A stretch of 64,000 bases of DNA from the human T2T-CHM13v2.0 reference genome, Homo sapiens. This document shows positions 50,460 to 64,000 of the stretch, one piece after another. The first letter of the stretch is position 1, and every line of letters starts with the position of its first letter. A program made the translations under genes and the position numbers. The stretch is from NCBI RefSeq assembly GCF_009914755.1, contig NC_060930.1; one strand, written 5' to 3'. The notes beneath the pieces are model-generated. The model saw only the letters and a list, made by a program, of their open reading frames with translations, did no database searches and was not told the origin of the DNA.

Positions 50460-52112
50460 ACTTCTGTCCTTCCTTCCCCAACCCATCTCACCCCTACCCC
50501 CATTCCTCTCACACATGTTCAAGGAATCAGAAAGTGGGTTCCAAACAGGGAGAAAACTCTGGCTCTAGTTTCATACAAGCTGGGGCTTGTATGAAAGAAG
50601 GCAGATAAGGGAGAAATGGCAAAGTATGTAGAACTCAGCAGTTAGGGCATTTGCCAAGCAAAGATCAAAGCCCCAGAGCTGTAAGTGCTTTACTGGATTG
50701 GGATTGATTCCTCAAACTGAAAACCAGGCTTCTGAGGGCTCAGACAGACACAGAGTGGCAGATGTTGGCTCCGTGAGGCGTTGCCCTCTCACCCAGCTGG
50801 AACCCAGGGCTGCACAGGCACCATCTGTGGACACTAGATCACCGAGTAGGAGGGGGAACCTGCAACCAGAGTTAGAGCCAAGCTAAAGTTGAACTTGTGT
50901 TCTGGTAACTCCCTCTGTCCCTCTCACACACTGTGGATGAGTTACGAAAGAGGTTCCTGAAAGGCAAGCTTATTTAATTTCTGCATTTGAAATAGATTTT
51001 GAAGATTCACATTTATCAGCTTGAGCAATTTATTTTCCCACTCTCCTACCTGATTTCCCCAGAGTCACTTATCTGACAAAGCAAATAGCATAGTGACTTG
51101 ACTGATTAGAGACATCAGTTTAGATGACACCACCTGCAACAGCACCTCCGGCTCAGCCTTTCGGAGGCCGCTCGGTTTATGGCACTGGGAGAGCGTGAGA
51201 ATTCTTTACTGTCCCCATGAGGCCCCATTTCATCCATCTGGCTCCCCAGTCAAAGCTAGTGAATGCCACAAATATGTTTTGAATTTTACCCCCAGCACCT
51301 TCCTCCATTAAGGGTGACCTTGGGGAAAGGTTAGACAGAATCTTGAAAAATCAATCAAAGCTCAAGTGGCATGAGAGCTCAAAAGCAGCATCACCATACG
51401 GGCAGGAGAGTATGTGGGAGTGGCAGACAGGGCAGTGTTGTGGGAAGGAGTGTGGCATTAAATGAAACCGACACAACCCTCGCCTGCTACTCTGAGAGCT
51501 CAGCTGAGATTTAAAAGGACAATTAAAAGATACAGTGCATAAAACCATGGGCAACACCAATTAGTAATATGGTTCTCTAAGAAAAGTGAAAATGTTTGCA
51601 GACTCAAGAAATGCAAAGGGCAATCAATGTGGCTTTGTTTTGTGGTAGTAGTAGTAGCAGTATGACAAAGAATTTTAAAAGGGGACTTGATAAGGCAACT
51701 GGTATAATACTGGCTGATGAAATTCCCATGTTATCTCCATTCTTAGAAAATGAGAGGAGTAGCCATCATGATTGAGAAATAGGGCTCCCGAAAGTAATTC
51801 TATCCTAACCTCAAGGTGGGTGAAATATGGCATGCAAAGCACCTGGCCGCTTGAAATAACTGAGTCTCCATTCCAAACATGCACATTCAGTTAATCTTGA
51901 AGGAACTATGGGGACGTAGAATGAGGCAGAGAACTGGTGACAGATACCTTCTAGTTTTGACTCTGGCAAAATTATAAGAAGAATCATGTAGGTGCCTCAT
52001 GAGCTCTTACTTAGAATTGGAAATAGTCATCACTAGGAGCCAGCCTGGGTTCCCTGAGAGTTAAGAGTGTTAACCCATTTCCTTTTTTGAAACAGATACT
52101 TTCCCGGTAGAG

Positions 52113-53771
52113 CGTTGAAGTCAAAATTGTAGAGACGAATCTCTAAATTTGTTTTACTTGGGAGAAAGAATTGTAACCATAATAAATTTGTTGCCTGAGG
52201 CACACAGCAAGTCAATACACTGAGACACCAGGTTGCAGCAGAGAAAGAAGAAGAATCATAAAAATTTGAACCAGGAGGTCGGGCATGGTCGCTCACACCT
52301 ATAATCCCAGCACTTTGGGAGGCCAAGGCGCACAGATCGCTTAAGCTCAGGAGTTCGAGAACAGCCTGACCAACATGGCAAAATCCCATCTCTACTAAAA
52401 ATACAAAAATAAACCGGGCACAGTAGTACACGCTATTTATTGCAGCTACTCAGGAGGCTGAGGCAGGAGAACCGCTCGAACTCAGGAGGTGAAAGTTGCA
52501 GTGAGCTGAGATCACGCCACTGCACTCCAGCCTGGGCGACAGAGTGAGACCCTGTCTCAAGAGAAAAAGAAAAGAAAAGAAAAATTTGAATGAGGAGATG
52601 GGAAGAAACCTCAGATACAATTCTAAGGAATTTGAGGTTAGGATTTTTTAGGGTTTTAGAGATTGTTAATTGATGAAAGAGTGCAAAGTGAAGTCATAGG
52701 ACAGGGAGATGAAGAAACTATTCTCATACTGATCCCCTTCCTCTGGTGGGATCTTCAAGCTGGTTGGCATCAGCTGTTTTGTTGGAATTCGGGGTCTGAA
52801 AAACATCTGTTTGTTTTTGTTTTTTTGAGATAGGGACTTGCTCTGTCACCCAGTGTGATTATAGCTCACTGCAGCCTCGAACTCTTTGGGCTCCAGCAGT
52901 CCTCCAAACTCAGCCTCCCAAATAGGTAGAACTACAGGCGCGCACTACCAGGGCCAGCTAATTTTTTAATATTTTTGTAGGAAGATACGGGGTCTTGCTA
53001 TGTTCCCCAAGCTGGTTGAACTCTGCCTCAAGCAGTCCTCCCATCTCGGCCTCCCAAAGTGCTGGGATTTCAGGCTCTCGCCACCATACCTGGCCCTGAA
53101 AAACATTTTAAGTGATCCTTAAACAAAAGTGTTATGATCTAATGTTCAGAGACCCTGTAGGAACAATGGGGATGCAAGTCAATTCTTAGTCTTATGACCC
53201 TGATGTCAGAAATCCTGTCCATCATACAGTGGGGATGCAGATGGTCAGTATCTAGTGCTATGTGATTTAGCAACAAGGAAGTGGGCCAAAGGGCAGCTTG
53301 ATTAATGATAAATTATAACTACATTTCTGGCCAGAACCTAACATGCAATTCTTGTCGACCCTGTGAGGGTGGTTTCAGAATTTATAAGTTCAGACATACA
53401 TGCAGACTGGGTGGTCTTCGGAATGTCTGAAGAACAAAGAAAAGGCCAGAGGTTTTATTAAAAAGGAGAAATGTTATGTATTGCTCTTTGAGAAAGTTCG
53501 TTGGCACTGTGGGTTTGGGGAGCTGGGAGCTCTGATCGGTGAGCAACAGCAGAGGGCAAAATTAGTCCTAGAATTGTAGCAAGTTATCTCAGAAGCTATA
53601 GATAAAACTGGTTTCAGCTTACAACAAGCAGCTTCAGCAGCCAGGCTTGCAAAGAAAGTCTATTCTTGGAGCAATGCTTTGGTACCCTGAATGTTTTTCC
53701 TCCTAGCTTCTTGACTCTGTTTTAGTTGGATCTGACAAGAATGACCCAATTCTTATGGTTCAACTTTCACA
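52113..53771 (-). mobile_element. MER31-like ERV1 solo LTR (outer; pieces 52113-52171 and 53378-53771)
   Basis: gaagtcaaaattgtagagacgaatctctaaattt and gacaagaatgacccaattc...caactttcaca. Confidence 0.7.
52172..53377 (-). mobile_element. MER4-group ERV1 solo LTR (inner) carrying two Alus (52278-52585 +, 52808-53095 -)
   Basis: TGTAACC...GGTTTCA termini with perfect GAAT TSD (52168-52171, 53378-53381). Confidence 0.78.
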
Positions 53772-54031
53772 GGACAATAACCAATCACTCCACATTTATC
53801 AAGCATTATTATGTTTCAGGCATTGGGAATAACACCTGACACTGTATATGTTTACAATTTAGAAAGCATTTTCTTTCTTTCCTTTTTGTTTTTCTTTTTC
53901 TTTTTTCTTTTTTTTTTTTTTGAGACAAGTCTTGCTCTGTCACCCCAGGCTGGAGTGCAGTGGCACGGATCTTGGCTCACTGCAACCTCCGCCTCCCAGG
54001 TTCAAGTGATTCTCCTGCCTCAGCCTTCTGA

Positions 54032-54238
<207 letters not shown>

Positions 54239-54387
54239 TGATTTAAAAAAAAAAAACGAACTTTTTTTCTGATAATCAAAGGGAAAGTTGCAAAGATGAA
54301 AATAAAAGTCATCTGTAATCTCAGGTAATACCAGGTAATTAACATTTTGCTGTATTTCTTACCACTGAAAAAAATGCATAGTTTTAA

Positions 54388-55280
54388 GCTGGGTGTGGTG
54401 GTGAGCATGTAGTCCCAGTTAAGTGCCCAAAGGGTTCACTTTACCGGCTGCCTAGACAGAGTCGATTTACCAAGACAGGGGAATTGCAATGGACAAAGAG
54501 TAATTCACGCAGAGCCGGCTATGTGGGAAACCAGAGTTTTATTATTACCCAAATCAGTCTCCCTGAGCATTTGGGGATCAGAGTTTTCAAAGATAATTTT
54601 GCGGGTAGGGGCTTGGGAAGTGGGGAGTGCTGATTGGTCAGGTTGGAGATGGACTCACAGGGGGCGGAAGTGAATTTTTCTTGCTCTCTTCTGTTCCTGG
54701 GTGGGATGGCAGAACTGGTTGAGCCAGATTGCCGTCTGGGTGGTGTCAGCTGATCCATCGAGTGCAGGGTCTGCACAATAGCTCTGATCGTAGGTTTCAC
54801 AATGGTGATATTATCCCCAGGAGCAATTTGGGAAGGTTCAGACTCTTGGAGCCAGAGGCTGCATGACCCCTAAACTGTAATTTCTAGCCTTGTAGCTAAT
54901 TTGTTAGTCCTGCGAAGGCAGACTGGTCCCCAGGCAAGAAGGGGGTCGTTTCAGGAAAGAGCTATTACCAATTTTGTTTCTAGAGTCAAACCATGAACTG
55001 AATTCCTTCCCAAAGTTGGTTCAGCCTATGCCCAGGGATGAACAAGGACAGCTTAAAGGTTAGAAGCAAGATGGAGTTGTTTAGGTCTGATTTCTTTCAC
55101 TGTCATAATTTCCTCAGTTATAATTTTTGCAAAGGGGATTTCGCCAGCTACTCAGGAGACTGAAGCAGGAGAGTTCCTTAAGCCCAGGTGGCCTTAGTAT
55201 GCTATAATCATGCCTGTGAATAGCCACTGTACTCCAGCCTGAGTAACATAGCAAGACCTTGTCTCTAAAAAAATAAAAAT
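54388..55280 (+). mobile_element. FAM (fossil Alu monomer) split by an LTR (pieces 54388-54418, 55144-55280)
   Basis: 7SL/FAM-specific cctgtgaatagccactg in the right piece. Confidence 0.75.
54419..55143 (-). mobile_element. LTR8-family solo LTR (ERV1)
   Basis: gcccaaagggttcac...gctgcctagacagagtcgattta...caagacaggggaattgcaat; cagttataatttttgcaaagg; CCAG TSD. Confidence 0.85.
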
Positions 55281-55282
55281 AG

Positions 55283-62031
<6,749 letters not shown>

Positions 62032-62067
62032 GGCGGGGGGGAAGAAGAGGAGGAGAAGAAAGAAGAG

Positions 62068-64000
<1,933 letters not shown>

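Overview
Human-like (primate) genomic DNA, very Alu-dense. It contains the complete ribosome-biogenesis gene RPF2 (BXDC1, Brix domain) on the + strand: 10 coding exons from 2720 to 46200, which I joined by hand at GT-AG boundaries into 921 nt (306 aa + stop). A CpG-rich promoter lies at about 2520-2960 and a probable long 3' UTR ends near AATAAA at 48860. Introns and flanks hold dozens of Alus, a full-length antisense SVA with TSD (intron 8), an antisense U6 retrocopy (intron 7), a MER50 LTR broken by a micro-inversion (intron 5), nested ERV1 solo LTRs (52.1-55.1 kb), and the 3' LTR plus env-TM remnant of an ERV1 at the right edge. Nearly all ORFs in the supplied track are Alu/SVA artefacts. 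I found no convincing new multi-gene system. The best leads are the ~380-bp inversion with a templated junction, an M-P-P-G-stop uORF just upstream of the RPF2 start, and several splice/frameshift-sensitive sites. Repeat family names come from recalled consensus sequences and most repeat boundaries are approximate.
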